In this document: in pieces, positions 9,217-19,649 of the stretch
Layout: every line of letters starts with the position of its first letter
Position numbering within the stretch: the stretch's first letter is position 1
Assembly (NCBI GenBank): GCA_963795855.1
Contig: CAWCIZ010000004.1
Span: 1 to 64,000, forward strand
Length of the DNA: 64,000 nucleotides
Direction: 5' to 3'
From: Vulcanimicrobiota bacterium
GTDB taxonomy: Bacteria; Vulcanimicrobiota; Vulcanimicrobiia; Vulcanimicrobiales; Vulcanimicrobiaceae
Program-made: the position numbers and the translations under genes
Notes under the pieces: generated by a model
What the model saw: only the letters and a program-made list of their open reading frames with translations
What the model was told of the DNA's origin: nothing
Database searches by the model: none

Positions 9217-10310
9217 GTTCCTGGATTATTCGAATCGCCAGCGCGAATGGGCTCGCCCCCGAGTCTTTGACGTCAGAGCGCTGGGATCGCGATCTTGACT
9301 CGAATCCAGCGAAATCACTGCTGCGACGGTTAGCAGCTTTGACTGGCGCGACAGTCGCGGCAGTCGCCGCGACGACACTTGAATCCTATGAAGGGACCCT
9401 GTTCGAATCACGGTCGGACAGTTCGCTGCCGCAATGGATTTTGCCGCTCGGAATCTTCGGCGATAAACGACGCGGCTATGGTATGCAATTATGCGCTCTA
9501 TGCCTCGAAGCGGACCCGTATTTTAAAAAGGCCTGGAGACTGGCGCTTAGCGTCGCATGCTGTGAGCACCGGGTACTGCTTCGGGACCGTTGCGCTGGCT
9601 GCGGCAGACCAATTACCTATCACGACCTTCCGCGCGTTCGAAGAGCTGGACGACTGCAACCGCTCATGGCATGTCCTGGTTGCAAAAGCTTTTACACGAA
9701 CTCGAGCGGACTCGTAGCTGCTGCGCCCGACATCCTTGAAGCGCAGGGAACGCTGAATGACGCCATGGACTGCGGATTTGCAACAATCAATTCTGAGCCG
9801 GTGCATGCGTTGCTGTTCTTTCAAGGCCTCCGTAGCATGATTGGCACGATGATTACAGGTAAGCGGAGTACGGGCTTGCGCGCTGCTATTTCCCAATCCG
9901 GAACGACTGTAGCGGCGGCATCGGGTTGGCGTAAGGGCGAGCGTTTCGAATTTCTCAACGTGGAAAAGCGCGCCGAGATCTTACATTTGATTCCGCGCTT
10001 GCTGGAGGACTGGCCACACAAGTTTGTTGCTGCCTGTCGTACAGCACGAATTCGTCGGTCCGATTTGCTGAATGGATACCGTTCGGTGTCGACTATTCCG
10101 TACTGGTATGCGTGCCAGATTTCTAAAATGACCAAGGCGCAATATAGGATGAATAGCCAAGAGATTTCGGCAATACTACGCTATGCTGAGTCCCAAGACC
10201 GAGAACCGCTCGAAACGCTTCGTTCGCTATTCGGAAGCATGGGCAATCTAGGTAATCAGAAGCAACTATTCGCTAATGCCCGAGCACTAGGCTGGTGCAA
10301 AGCGAGCTGA
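9165..10310 (+). CDS. tniQ: TniQ/TnsD-family target selector 2
   Basis: PKPDEILSSWIIRIA, LCALCL, WRLALSVACCEH, LRDRCAGCG. Confidence 0.92.
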   Translation: MDSILPFHAKPKPDEILSSWIIRIASANGLAPESLTSERWDRDLDSNPAKSLLRRLAALTGATVAAVAATTLESYEGTLFESRSDSSLPQWILPLGIFGDKRRGYGMQLCALCLEADPYFKKAWRLALSVACCEHRVLLRDRCAGCGRPITYHDLPRVRRAGRLQPLMACPGCKSFYTNSSGLVAAAPDILEAQGTLNDAMDCGFATINSEPVHALLFFQGLRSMIGTMITGKRSTGLRAAISQSGTTVAAASGWRKGERFEFLNVEKRAEILHLIPRLLEDWPHKFVAACRTARIRRSDLLNGYRSVSTIPYWYACQISKMTKAQYRMNSQEISAILRYAESQDREPLETLRSLFGSMGNLGNQKQLFANARALGWCKAS

Positions 10311-10704
10311 TGTCGGAGGCCAACGCCATAACCGGTAAGCTCCGTAAGTGATAAAGGCGAGGCGGTTCCCCCCGCCGCCACGTTTCATTGAGCGCCTTGA
10401 GCAGCGCAACGCGGGCCCTCCGAGTGCCCGCGCGAAACCGTCAGATTTGCAAGATGCCAGTGACCTGGCAAAGATCTACGAAGCGGCTATATTGAACAAG
10501 TGGCCGGTATGGCCCGGTCCGGTCAATACGCCGACGTAGTCGGCGCCACTAGCGCGGCGACAATCGTCTCGAGCACTAACGGGCCAGGTCCTGCGGCGCC
10601 GAAAGGCGTCGGCGCCGCCTATTATATAACCATGACGAAATTTTTCCGGCAGCCTTCGCACCGTCAATGTCCACCATCGTTCGACGCTGGGCACTAATGA
10701 AACC

Positions 10705-10908
10705 ATGAACGCTTCAGTTCCTTCGCCGCGACCGATCTATGAAGTCATGGTAGACGATGAGCCACCAACCTTTGCGACTATCGATGCTTTGATCGAAGCA
10801 TGGGGCGATACGATCCCTGATCTCGTGGCCCAGATTTTAGACGTCCCTCTCGGCGTAAGCAGAGGCCTTATGGATTTCCCGGCCGTCAAGGTGCGACGCA
10901 TCCGGTAA
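10705..10908 (+). CDS. small hypothetical protein
   Basis: 67-aa ATG ORF co-oriented with its neighbours. Confidence 0.35.
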   Translation: MNASVPSPRPIYEVMVDDEPPTFATIDALIEAWGDTIPDLVAQILDVPLGVSRGLMDFPAVKVRRIR

Positions 10909-10946
10909 GGGCAAGTACGCGGCAATCTTAGCCGAACGCATCACCC

Positions 10947-12035
10947 ATGGCAGACAACAGCAAGAAGCATACGATCGCGCGTGCCGATCTGTACAAACGC
11001 GTATGGGCGACGCCCATTCGTACACTCGCGACAGAATTCGGAATCTCGGACGTTGGTCTACGCAAAATCTGCAAGCGACACGATATTCCGATTCCTCCGG
11101 CGGGACACTGGATGAAGGTACAGTTCGGAAAAAAGGTCCGTTGCATTCCGCTTCCGCCCCGAAGGGCCGATCAAAACGAACACATTGACATTACGGAGAC
11201 ACCGCCGAAATTCGGCGGTGTGGAGCTGCCATCTGAAATACGCGAGGCAATTGAACAAGAGCGCAGCGCGGAAGAGCCGATTGCCGTTCCTAAATCCCCC
11301 AACCCGCATCCGATTGTTCAGGCGTGGGGACCAGCGAAGCAGCCGAGTTTCGGACCACCATCGTTTACGCCCGCTGCTGAGGCCCGGAGGCGGCGAATCG
11401 CCACCGTGTTTTTTCGGGAAATCGAGAAACGCGGAGGAAAGATTGTCCAAGACGGTCTCGATCTAATTGTAACAATGTTCGGCCAAAGGTTCGAGATCAC
11501 GCTCCGAGAAAAACTGAAACAAATGCACGTGCCTCTGTCCGACAGCGACAGGCGCCTGGGCTGGAACGTCGACCGCGGATACAATACGGAGTTGCGACCT
11601 TCAGGGCTGCTTCAATTTCGAATTGACACGTACATAACCGGGGTTCAGCGCGAGTGGACGGAATCCGAAAGTAAACCACTCGAAGGGCGTATTCGAGTCA
11701 TCATTATTGGGCTGTATCTTGTTGCTGCGGCACTGAAAAGCCAGGCCGAGGAGCGTGCCGAGCGGGAGCGGCAGTGGCTCATTCAGGAGAAGCGCCGTTT
11801 AGAGGTTGAGGAGCAGCGGCGAAAAGAACGCGAGCGAGTCAAAGTGCTCATTGATGAGGCGAACGCATGGGAAAAGGCAAATAGAGTCCGCCTGTACATT
11901 ACGGCTAGAAAAAGTATTCTACGTGATGCTAGCACAACTGATGAGTGGGTTGAGTGGGCAAACCGAGTTGCGGAGTCTATAGATCCGCTTACATCAGCCT
12001 CGGCACACGGTCCATCGCCCCTAGAGGAGGACTGA
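10947..12035 (+). CDS. hypothetical mobile-element protein with N-terminal HTH and C-terminal coiled coil
   Basis: LYKRVWATPIRTLATEFGISDVGLRKICKRHDIPIPPAGHW; E/R-rich helix; W..WA...A..IDPL C-terminus. Confidence 0.7.
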   Translation: MADNSKKHTIARADLYKRVWATPIRTLATEFGISDVGLRKICKRHDIPIPPAGHWMKVQFGKKVRCIPLPPRRADQNEHIDITETPPKFGGVELPSEIREAIEQERSAEEPIAVPKSPNPHPIVQAWGPAKQPSFGPPSFTPAAEARRRRIATVFFREIEKRGGKIVQDGLDLIVTMFGQRFEITLREKLKQMHVPLSDSDRRLGWNVDRGYNTELRPSGLLQFRIDTYITGVQREWTESESKPLEGRIRVIIIGLYLVAAALKSQAEERAERERQWLIQEKRRLEVEEQRRKERERVKVLIDEANAWEKANRVRLYITARKSILRDASTTDEWVEWANRVAESIDPLTSASAHGPSPLEED

Positions 12036-12144
12036 TCCGGCGGGCTCGTTACTCGCGCGCTAAAAAAAGGCGATTCCACCTCAACAAAACACGTACTTCG
12101 TCAACAACGCACGTGCATGAGGTTGCACCACCGCTGATCACATC

Positions 12145-13231
12145 TTACGATTTCACAAGACGGATCGTTCGGTCGTTCCCATGGCGAACTTTACCCCGGC
12201 CTCCCCCGGGTAATCCCGTCACAACAAGCCCAAAAACCACCGCATCAAGATCCTCAAGATTGCATTTTAGATCGCGAGCGACGTCCGCTTTTGTTATTCC
12301 CTCGCTACGGAGCATTTGAAAAACCTTTCCAAGAACGAGCGACATTTCTGGTGACGCTGGCTCCGGCTCATCGGTGCGGTAGCCTCGCTGAGACATTTCA
12401 ACACACAGAGTGCGATAATGCCAATCCGAAATTAAGCTTTAGGGCGTGAAGGCGATACGCGAGCGCTGCTACGGAAACAATCCATTGCTTCTTCAATTGG
12501 ATCAGCGCGCTTAAACTTGGAAACACCGGGGCCCGTTCCAATATACTGCTGCGCGGCATTAAGAACGCCGAGGCGAACCGATTGGCTTCATGCTCGGCTT
12601 GTTTGCCGTGCACGCCGGCCTCTCGGTGCAGCACTAAATGTCCCAATTCGTGAGCGGCGTCAAAGCGACTATGTTCAGCGGATTTCAACGTATTCAAAAA
12701 GACAAATGGAGTCGCGTCTCTCCAGAGTGAGAAGGCGTCGACATCGGTACTCTCCGCCATCGAAAACACGCGAACACCCTTCGACTCAAGCAGATGGACG
12801 ATGTTACGTACGGCCTTTTCCCCAAGACCCCACTCATGCCGAAGGGTGATAGCTGCCGTTTCCGGGTCCTCTTGTCGAAGATCTGGCAAATCACAAGGCG
12901 GCAATGCGAAACGGCGTTCCATCCAGTCATGAAGCAGCATAGCAATTGCGCCCGACGCCAACGCGGCCTCACGCGTAGATGCCGTCATTCGAGCCAACGA
13001 GCGGAAACTGGCCGTCTCCGCGGTTGGCTCATGCAAATCGTCTCCGAAAAAGAAGTCCACCGGAAAGGTTAACGCTTCCGCAAGACGCGCGGCCGTCTCG
13101 GCCGTCGGACTATACTCGCCGCTTTCATAAGCCGAGATGGCTCGCAAGATCACACCAGCACCTTCCGCAAGGCGCGTTTTACTGTAACGTCGCTTCTTGC
13201 GGGCCACGCGAAGACGGGAAGGATTAAACAT
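12145..13231 (-). CDS. XRE-HTH + ImmA/IrrE (COG2856) zinc metallopeptidase; frameshift near 12420
   Basis: MFNPSRLRVAR HTH; RFDAAHELGHLVLH (HExxH); EANRFASAFLMP; C-terminus continues in ORF 12145..12396. Confidence 0.85.
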
Positions 13232-13235
13232 TTCG

Positions 13236-13907
13236 CTAGGCCCGGCGGCGTATGTCGATGTCCACGTCCGGACCGAAGTCGGGCTCGAATGTCTTCCTGT
13301 AAGCATCTCCATCAAACGGAATCACCGGCAAGATGATTCGCTCTTTCCAGCCGACTATTTGGCCGCTTTCGATGAACACGGGCAAAGAAAGTTCGGATCT
13401 GATTTCCTGAATATCGTTGTGAAAAAGCAGCGTCCAAGTGGCTATGTTACTGCCATCGCGGCTCGAGCGCACGGGCGCCGGCGCTGGCAAATTTGGAAAA
13501 AGTGCGATCTGTGTTGCGTTGGACGTAACATAGACTTCCGTGCACGGGCCCTTGGTGTGCTTTGTGCTAGGTGTTTCGCTCGGGATTCCAGTGCTTTCGT
13601 TGCCCGAGGAAACGCAAATCGCGATCGTACCGTTGGGATTGACCGTGGTCGGCAGCCCGTTGTCGTTATTTCGATGCCATCCCACCGCAACCAAGTGCTC
13701 GCGGAGCGCGCGAAGGGTATCGTTCCACTGATAAAATCCGTGAGCGATCGGCGCATCGTTGAGCGTCCTCGATATGCGCGATACATGGCCGGCGCGCACC
13801 GCCTCGAGTAGCGGCGCAACGCTCAAGCCCAGCCGTGCTAAGGCGATATGGACCTCACGCGGGTCCCACCAGACTGCCTCTTGCAAAGTGCAACTCCCGG
13901 GCGACAA
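13236..13907 (-). CDS. hypothetical protein upstream of the HTH-peptidase, putative toxin partner
   Basis: 223-aa ORF ending 4 bp before the peptidase start; TWTLL...EIRSELSLP...WKERIILP. Confidence 0.6.
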   Translation of the reverse strand: MSPGSCTLQEAVWWDPREVHIALARLGLSVAPLLEAVRAGHVSRISRTLNDAPIAHGFYQWNDTLRALREHLVAVGWHRNNDNGLPTTVNPNGTIAICVSSGNESTGIPSETPSTKHTKGPCTEVYVTSNATQIALFPNLPAPAPVRSSRDGSNIATWTLLFHNDIQEIRSELSLPVFIESGQIVGWKERIILPVIPFDGDAYRKTFEPDFGPDVDIDIRRRA

Positions 13908-14146
13908 CGCCCATCTACCGATTATGCTACATCATTTGATGTTGAAAAACAAGTAGACGGCTCGTTCCGTCCTCGCAGCGCCTCGGGAGTGCCGGCGCCG
14001 AGGCAATTCCGCGCACGAAAGCGCACTCCTAGACTTCCGCGGCGAGGCTCGACGGAGCACCGTATCGCCTTCGTGGGAAAATTCAAGAGGGTTTTACGAA
14101 CGCGTGAGGCGGCCTGAGGGCCGATTTCGACGGAGAAAGGAATAGC

Positions 14147-14611
14147 GTGCCGGATCCGATTGGTATGACGGCAGTACAGGAGCCGTGGCGATATGGTTTT
14201 GGCGAGGAAGGCGATCCGATCGACAGTGTCGTTGCGATCGCGTTCAAGTCGGGCGATTTGGACGCCGTGCGTGAGATGTTCCGAGACCTGGCCATTGCGA
14301 TCCGATTGCACATCCCAGAGAAGGGAGCGCCGCATTATATCGTCATGGCTACCGGCGGCGTTGCGCAGGCCGCAGAGGTGCCATCGAATATTCTTTCGCG
14401 GCTCGGAGGCATCATTGAAGTAACTACCGTGCTGGAAGCAGGCGTCGATCGATTTCAATTACCGGCTTCGCTGACAACTTGCGCTTTGATCGCAAATTTG
14501 ATCGGCATTGAGCCTGCGACGTCGTATGCGGTCCCAATGGCGTACGCTGCGGCTCCCCTCGCGCCTGCGGAAGTCGTAGCTCGTGACCGCCCGCATCAAT
14601 CCACTGATTAA
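14147..14611 (+). CDS. hypothetical protein
   Basis: 154-aa ORF with upstream AAGGA RBS. Confidence 0.4.
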   Translation: MPDPIGMTAVQEPWRYGFGEEGDPIDSVVAIAFKSGDLDAVREMFRDLAIAIRLHIPEKGAPHYIVMATGGVAQAAEVPSNILSRLGGIIEVTTVLEAGVDRFQLPASLTTCALIANLIGIEPATSYAVPMAYAAAPLAPAEVVARDRPHQSTD

Positions 14612-14644
14612 AGCTATGGCCTCGTTAATTAAAGCGCAGATCGA

Positions 14645-15658
14645 GTGGGTCGGTCACTATACGACATCGCCGACAAGCCATGGGTGGATGTTTCGCAAGC
14701 AAGCCGGCTGATATTCATGACGCTGTCGGTAGAACAGGCGCGTGCGGCGTTTCAGAACGCAATACCGCGTGGCCGCGACGAGTTTGAGAAAAAGGCCCGC
14801 GATCGGTTGCGAACCATCGCTTACGAATCAAATTATCCGCAGAAGTATCCCATCGAAGTGCTTGAAATGGCGCAGGCGGAAGTGCGCCTTCGGCACGAAA
14901 TGGCGGCACATCGCGTAAAGCAATTGCTTGACTCTGGCTGGCGGCCACATTCCGAATACGTGAGTGCGATACGCGCAACCTTCATCGATATGTTCGCTGG
15001 ATTCGACCACTGGAAGAAAGATCCGTCGTCTGATTTGTATCACCGCGTGGAAACGGCATTTAGAGAGGTCGGTCGCCACGATGAAGATCAGCAGTTGAGG
15101 CATCGCCGTGCTCTCGGTGAGGTTCAAGTAGAAGCGGCAAATGAGGCGGTTTCGGACCTCGAAATGCATGCAGGAGTACTCATGCCTTTGGTTGCCGCGT
15201 CTATAAAAAGCGACGGTTTTCCGATAATTACGGCGCCAGCAGAAGTGGAATGGAAGTACGATGTGTTTATTAGCCATGCGTCCGAGGATAAAGCGTCGTT
15301 TGTAAATGCATTGGCAAGCGCCTTGCGCGAGCGCACAGTTAACGTGTGGTTCGACGCATTTACCTTAAAATTGGGTGATAGTCTACGCGAGACGATTGAT
15401 GAGGGTTTACGCACTTCGCGGTATGGTATTGTCGTGCTCAGCAAAGCGTTTTTTGCGAAGCAATGGCCGAAGTTAGAGCTTGACGGACTAGTGGCGCGTC
15501 AGACTGGGGACGGGCAGAAAGTGATTTTGCCTGTGTGGCATGACACCTCATATGAAGACGTTGCTTCTTATAGTCCTATACTTGCGGGGCGCCTTGCCGC
15601 GAAGTCTGCAGACGGCTTAAAGAAAGTGGTTGATGATGTTCTGGAAGTGATTCGCTAA
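14645..15658 (+). CDS. C-terminal TIR domain protein
   Basis: YDVFISHASEDK...VWFD...GDSL...IDEGL..SRYGIVVLS..FF.KQW..LEL. Confidence 0.92.
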   Translation: MGRSLYDIADKPWVDVSQASRLIFMTLSVEQARAAFQNAIPRGRDEFEKKARDRLRTIAYESNYPQKYPIEVLEMAQAEVRLRHEMAAHRVKQLLDSGWRPHSEYVSAIRATFIDMFAGFDHWKKDPSSDLYHRVETAFREVGRHDEDQQLRHRRALGEVQVEAANEAVSDLEMHAGVLMPLVAASIKSDGFPIITAPAEVEWKYDVFISHASEDKASFVNALASALRERTVNVWFDAFTLKLGDSLRETIDEGLRTSRYGIVVLSKAFFAKQWPKLELDGLVARQTGDGQKVILPVWHDTSYEDVASYSPILAGRLAAKSADGLKKVVDDVLEVIR

Positions 15659-15701
15659 AGTGGCGGAAAGCAAAAAACCATATGGCTAACATCACGGAGG
15701 C

Positions 15702-16376
15702 TCAGGAGTCGCCTCCACCTTCGATGTCGTCCCACGTATAGGGATTTCCGAAAAGCGAATATCCCTGAATAAGATATTGCGGGATATCACTGTTCTCCGG
15801 AATCCACGGGCAAGCAAATAACTTTCGTATTTCCGACTCCTCGATGGCTATCTGCGGCGGAACGCCGTGCTCGCGAAGCCGGTCTATGTATTTTTCCAGC
15901 ATATCAATGGTCACGTCCAACGCCGAGTCGCGCTTGCTGTAGGCGTGCCATAAGCGTGCTTTCGGAGACCGATCGAGATGGACGTATGCTTCGTCAACGA
16001 ACGCTATTACCGCTTCAGTAGCATGTTTTATAAGGTCAATATCGGATTTGATTTCTGCATGCTGAGGCAGCCGGGAGAAGCACCGTTCAGCTAGTTGATA
16101 ATATTCGTCGATTTCCTGAAGAAGCCCAAGCAACGATGCGGCGTCTTTATGTGGCTTCACGATGCGGCGAACGAGCACGGCTGCAGCCTCGCTAAAAACC
16201 TTCACCAGGTCACCGCCGACAATGCCGCCATCGTCGTCGATATAGGGATGACTCACTAACGCCCACAACCACACTTTACGTATTTGTCGAAAATCTCTAA
16301 GCTCGACGAATGCGTCCCACAAAATTTCAAGGTCACGGCGCCATTTTTCACATTTCTGGTCGTTCACCGACTCCAC
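15702..16376 (-). CDS. hypothetical helical protein, possibly HEPN/AbiU2-like
   Basis: VRRIV...ASLLGLLQEI...FVDEAYVHLD resembles the AbiU2-type HEPN layout, but the canonical R is missing. Confidence 0.4.
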   Translation of the reverse strand: MESVNDQKCEKWRRDLEILWDAFVELRDFRQIRKVWLWALVSHPYIDDDGGIVGGDLVKVFSEAAAVLVRRIVKPHKDAASLLGLLQEIDEYYQLAERCFSRLPQHAEIKSDIDLIKHATEAVIAFVDEAYVHLDRSPKARLWHAYSKRDSALDVTIDMLEKYIDRLREHGVPPQIAIEESEIRKLFACPWIPENSDIPQYLIQGYSLFGNPYTWDDIEGGGDS

Positions 16377-16489
16377 GTCCTATTGGAGTGACGCACTTTA
16401 GACATTGTCAACACGGTCATAGCAGTGCGCGTCGTAATCTCACCTCTGCGCCTCATCGGCCCTTTCGATGCGGCGACTGTATATCGATG

Positions 16490-17599
16490 CTAGAAAGCCT
16501 CACGCTTTACATAACCAGGGCGTCCGGCGTCAACGTAACGGTATTGCTCAATCGCTCCGAGCATACGCAATGTGTCTGCTTCCAGCGGTATATTCGCAAA
16601 GCGATTGTGAAAAGCAACCAAAGGAGGATACCGCTCACTGCTACCCACAAATTCACGACGATTGTAATAGATTACGGCACTAATCCGGCGATTGCGCTGC
16701 GGGTGGAATATCCCGTCGGCGTCGCGGGACGCACCGTGTGACGTCGCGGTGTACCAGAAGCGTTCGGTGCCGAAACAGGCATCCTCAACGGTATCGACGT
16801 CCAGCCACTCCCCTACGGTTCCGTCAACGACGACAACACCTGCGCCCTCGGCAGGTAACTGTTTTACTGCATCTTTAATTGAGCGGCGCACGCGCTGCGT
16901 CTGCGTTTCATCGAAGACGTACCCCTGCTGCATCACGCCTATGTGGGCCCGGTCGCCTCGCGAACGTCCCCCGATCGCGGCACGTATGCCGTGCGCATCG
17001 AGCACACGTTTACCGCGTCCGCCGCTCGCGTGAAATTCCGAGACCATGGCTTTTATTGCTTTACCAAGCGCATGCACATCAACGTTAGGTTCTACGTCCT
17101 CCGCATCAACATGGATTCTGTATGGCAACGGCAATGTAGCTAGTTGACGCTGCAATTCCTCAATAACCGCGTTTGTATGTCGGACTTTGGCTTCATCGCG
17201 AACCTGCTTCACCTCCCACCAGGTGTGCGGCGAAGTGGCTGCACTGAACTCTGGACAGCGGCCGTTCTTCATTGTCGGTTCGAACGTGATCTCGGCACCC
17301 GCACGTGCGAGGCGCGCAGCAAGGTCGAGCTCCGTGCGAGCCGATTGGATCATTTCATATTCGGTATTGTGGAAGCGGCGCTCATACTTCCCCCACGCAC
17401 CCTTGTCCTCAAGCAGCGTTAGATCCGCGATGATACCGGCCCAGAATGCATTGACATAGTCCTCGTCGGCATCCTGGCACAACAGAAAAAGTAAATAATT
17501 GTCAATTCGCGTGCCGGTAATTTTTTCAATGAACGCATCGTCATAAAACCGGCGAAGCGGCGGAACGCGTTCAAGCGTTGCCTGCGCCCGTTGGAGCAA
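16490..17599 (-). CDS. hypothetical protein, PD-(D/E)XK-like fold
   Basis: TELDLA...FEP...CPEF...WWEVK; KDAVKQLP...GVVVVD; ISAVI...HN.FA. Confidence 0.5.
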   Translation of the reverse strand: MLQRAQATLERVPPLRRFYDDAFIEKITGTRIDNYLLFLLCQDADEDYVNAFWAGIIADLTLLEDKGAWGKYERRFHNTEYEMIQSARTELDLAARLARAGAEITFEPTMKNGRCPEFSAATSPHTWWEVKQVRDEAKVRHTNAVIEELQRQLATLPLPYRIHVDAEDVEPNVDVHALGKAIKAMVSEFHASGGRGKRVLDAHGIRAAIGGRSRGDRAHIGVMQQGYVFDETQTQRVRRSIKDAVKQLPAEGAGVVVVDGTVGEWLDVDTVEDACFGTERFWYTATSHGASRDADGIFHPQRNRRISAVIYYNRREFVGSSERYPPLVAFHNRFANIPLEADTLRMLGAIEQYRYVDAGRPGYVKREAF

Positions 17600-17845
17600 C
17601 GTCGGGCGATCGTGGAGCTCCCAGGTCTTGAAGCGTTATGACATTACTCATAAAAAAGTGCTCCACCGCGGCCACGCGAATCGGGAGAGGGGTCGGGCGG
17701 CATAGGGCCCGCGGTCGCCCAGGATGCGGGACAGGTTGGTTATATTCCGTATCTTGTCAGTATGGTGAATATGGCGTATATTGCCTATGGGCGAGTATAT
17801 CACCCCAGGCTGCTTTTCGCACAAGAAAGGTCAACAACTCGGCCT

Positions 17846-18766
17846 ATGAATCCCACCGAGGTCGAATTCGCCGTCAAAGCGCTGATCTCCAAGCCGTATG
17901 ACCCTGCGACCTTTGCATATGATCTAATCGCCATCTACAACACGCCGAAGATCACGGTGGGCAAGCTTAAAAGTGGCCAGACCAACGTCGCTACAGCGCG
18001 GGGTGATCTACTCTGGAAGAAGCATCTGTTCTTCCGTCCGGCCGCGTCTACTGATGACGTGGCGGCCGTCGCCGACGCTTTGGCTTCGGATGCGCTGACG
18101 AAAAAATATAAGCCGCGCTTCGTCCTCGTTACTAATGGTGAACAAGTCCACGTGCGAGACCTTACACTGGACGAAACGTGTAATACCGAATTTGCTCGCC
18201 TAGATGAGTCGTCGGATTTTTTGGGGCCACTAGCCGGCTTCGAACGCCGCGCCGCTGCCGTCGAACACCCGGCGACGGTGAAAGCGACCAAACGTCTCGC
18301 AAAACTTTATGACGCGATTCTTGCGGCCAATCCGACGTGGAGCGACGGCAATCACACACATGAGTTGAACCTGTTTATGACCCGTATCCTTTTCTGCCTT
18401 TATGCGGAAGATACCGGCATCTTTGATACGCCGCAGATTTTTTCTAATACAGTCGCACAGTATACGAAAGAAGATGGTAGCGACGTCTGCGCCCCTGTTA
18501 GATCGCCTGTTCCGTGTAATGAATGTCCCCGAATGGAACAGGGCGCCGGCTATCCCCAAGATCGAGGCTCGCTTTCCGTTCGTAAATGGCAGCTTGTTTG
18601 AGGCTACGCTCCCGATACCAGAGTTCAATCGTACGGCTCGGCGGCTCTTCCTCGAGTGTGGCGAACTCGATTGGAAAACAATCAACACGGACATTTTCGG
18701 TTCGATGATTCAAACGATTGCCGAGCCGGGGTCGCGAGGCGACCTAGGCATGCATTATACGAGCAT
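17846..18766 (+). pseudogene. MmeI-like/YeeA type IIL RM methyltransferase, N-terminal remnant truncated by IS3
   Basis: LNLFMTRILFCLYAEDTGIF, FPFVNGSLF and DW..IN.DIFGSMIQ...LGMHYTS, then the IS end; frameshift near 18490. Confidence 0.88.
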
Positions 18767-18806
18767 TGAAGTTGCCCGGCTCTCGTGGAGAGTTTTAGAT
18801 TGGAAA

Positions 18807-19649
18807 TCACGCCGCGGTTTCCCGCTCATATGCGGCGGGAGAGCGGTAGCCCAGAGCTGAGTGGCGACGATGCCGATTGTACCAGCCCTCGATGAAGTCG
18901 AAGATAGCAAGTTCGGCTTCCTTATGCGTGCGGAACCGGTTCCGATCGAGTAGTTCGCATTCGAGCGTCGCATTGAAGCTCTCGCACATCGCGTTGTCGT
19001 AGCAATCACCAACTGAACCCATCGACGGACGAACTCCAGCTTCCCGGCACCGAGATCCGAAAGCAATCGAGGTGTATTGCGTTCCTTGATCGGAATGATG
19101 AATGACGCTTTCGGGCCTACGACGTTCAATCGCCATGTTGAGCGCATCGAGTACAAGTTGCGTGCGCATGTTCGAGCTCATTGCATAGCCGACGATTCGG
19201 CGGCTAAACGCGTCGAGAACGACTGCAAGAAACAAGAACCCGGCGTAGGTTGGGATGTACGTGATATCAGCAACCCACAGTTTGTCTGGTGCGTTAGCGA
19301 TGAATTTTCGATCGACAAGATCCGGTGCGGGTCGAGCATCTCGATCACGCACGGTCGTCCGAACGCCCTTACGGCGGCTTGCGCCTACGAGATTTCGCTC
19401 GTTCATGAGTCGCGCAAGTCGGTCGTTGCTCAGGGTAATGCCCTCGTCTTTCAACTCGGCCTTGATGCGTGGTCGACCGTACGTGTTGCGAGAGCGTCGA
19501 TGAATTGCCTCGATGCGATCACCAAGTTCAATGTCGCGCCGCGCTTGCGCTGACGGTGGACGATTGAGCCACGCATAGTACCCGCTGGCGGAGACCTCCA
19601 GAACCCGGCACATCGTGGAAATGTGGAATTTGGCCTGGTAGCTCTTCAC
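18807..19649 (-). CDS. IS3 transposase OrfB (rve integrase core)
   Basis: WVADITYI, HHSDQGTQY, DNAMCESF, YNRHRRHSALG. Confidence 0.95.
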   Translation of the reverse strand: MKSYQAKFHISTMCRVLEVSASGYYAWLNRPPSAQARRDIELGDRIEAIHRRSRNTYGRPRIKAELKDEGITLSNDRLARLMNERNLVGASRRKGVRTTVRDRDARPAPDLVDRKFIANAPDKLWVADITYIPTYAGFLFLAVVLDAFSRRIVGYAMSSNMRTQLVLDALNMAIERRRPESVIHHSDQGTQYTSIAFGSRCREAGVRPSMGSVGDCYDNAMCESFNATLECELLDRNRFRTHKEAELAIFDFIEGWYNRHRRHSALGYRSPAAYERETAA

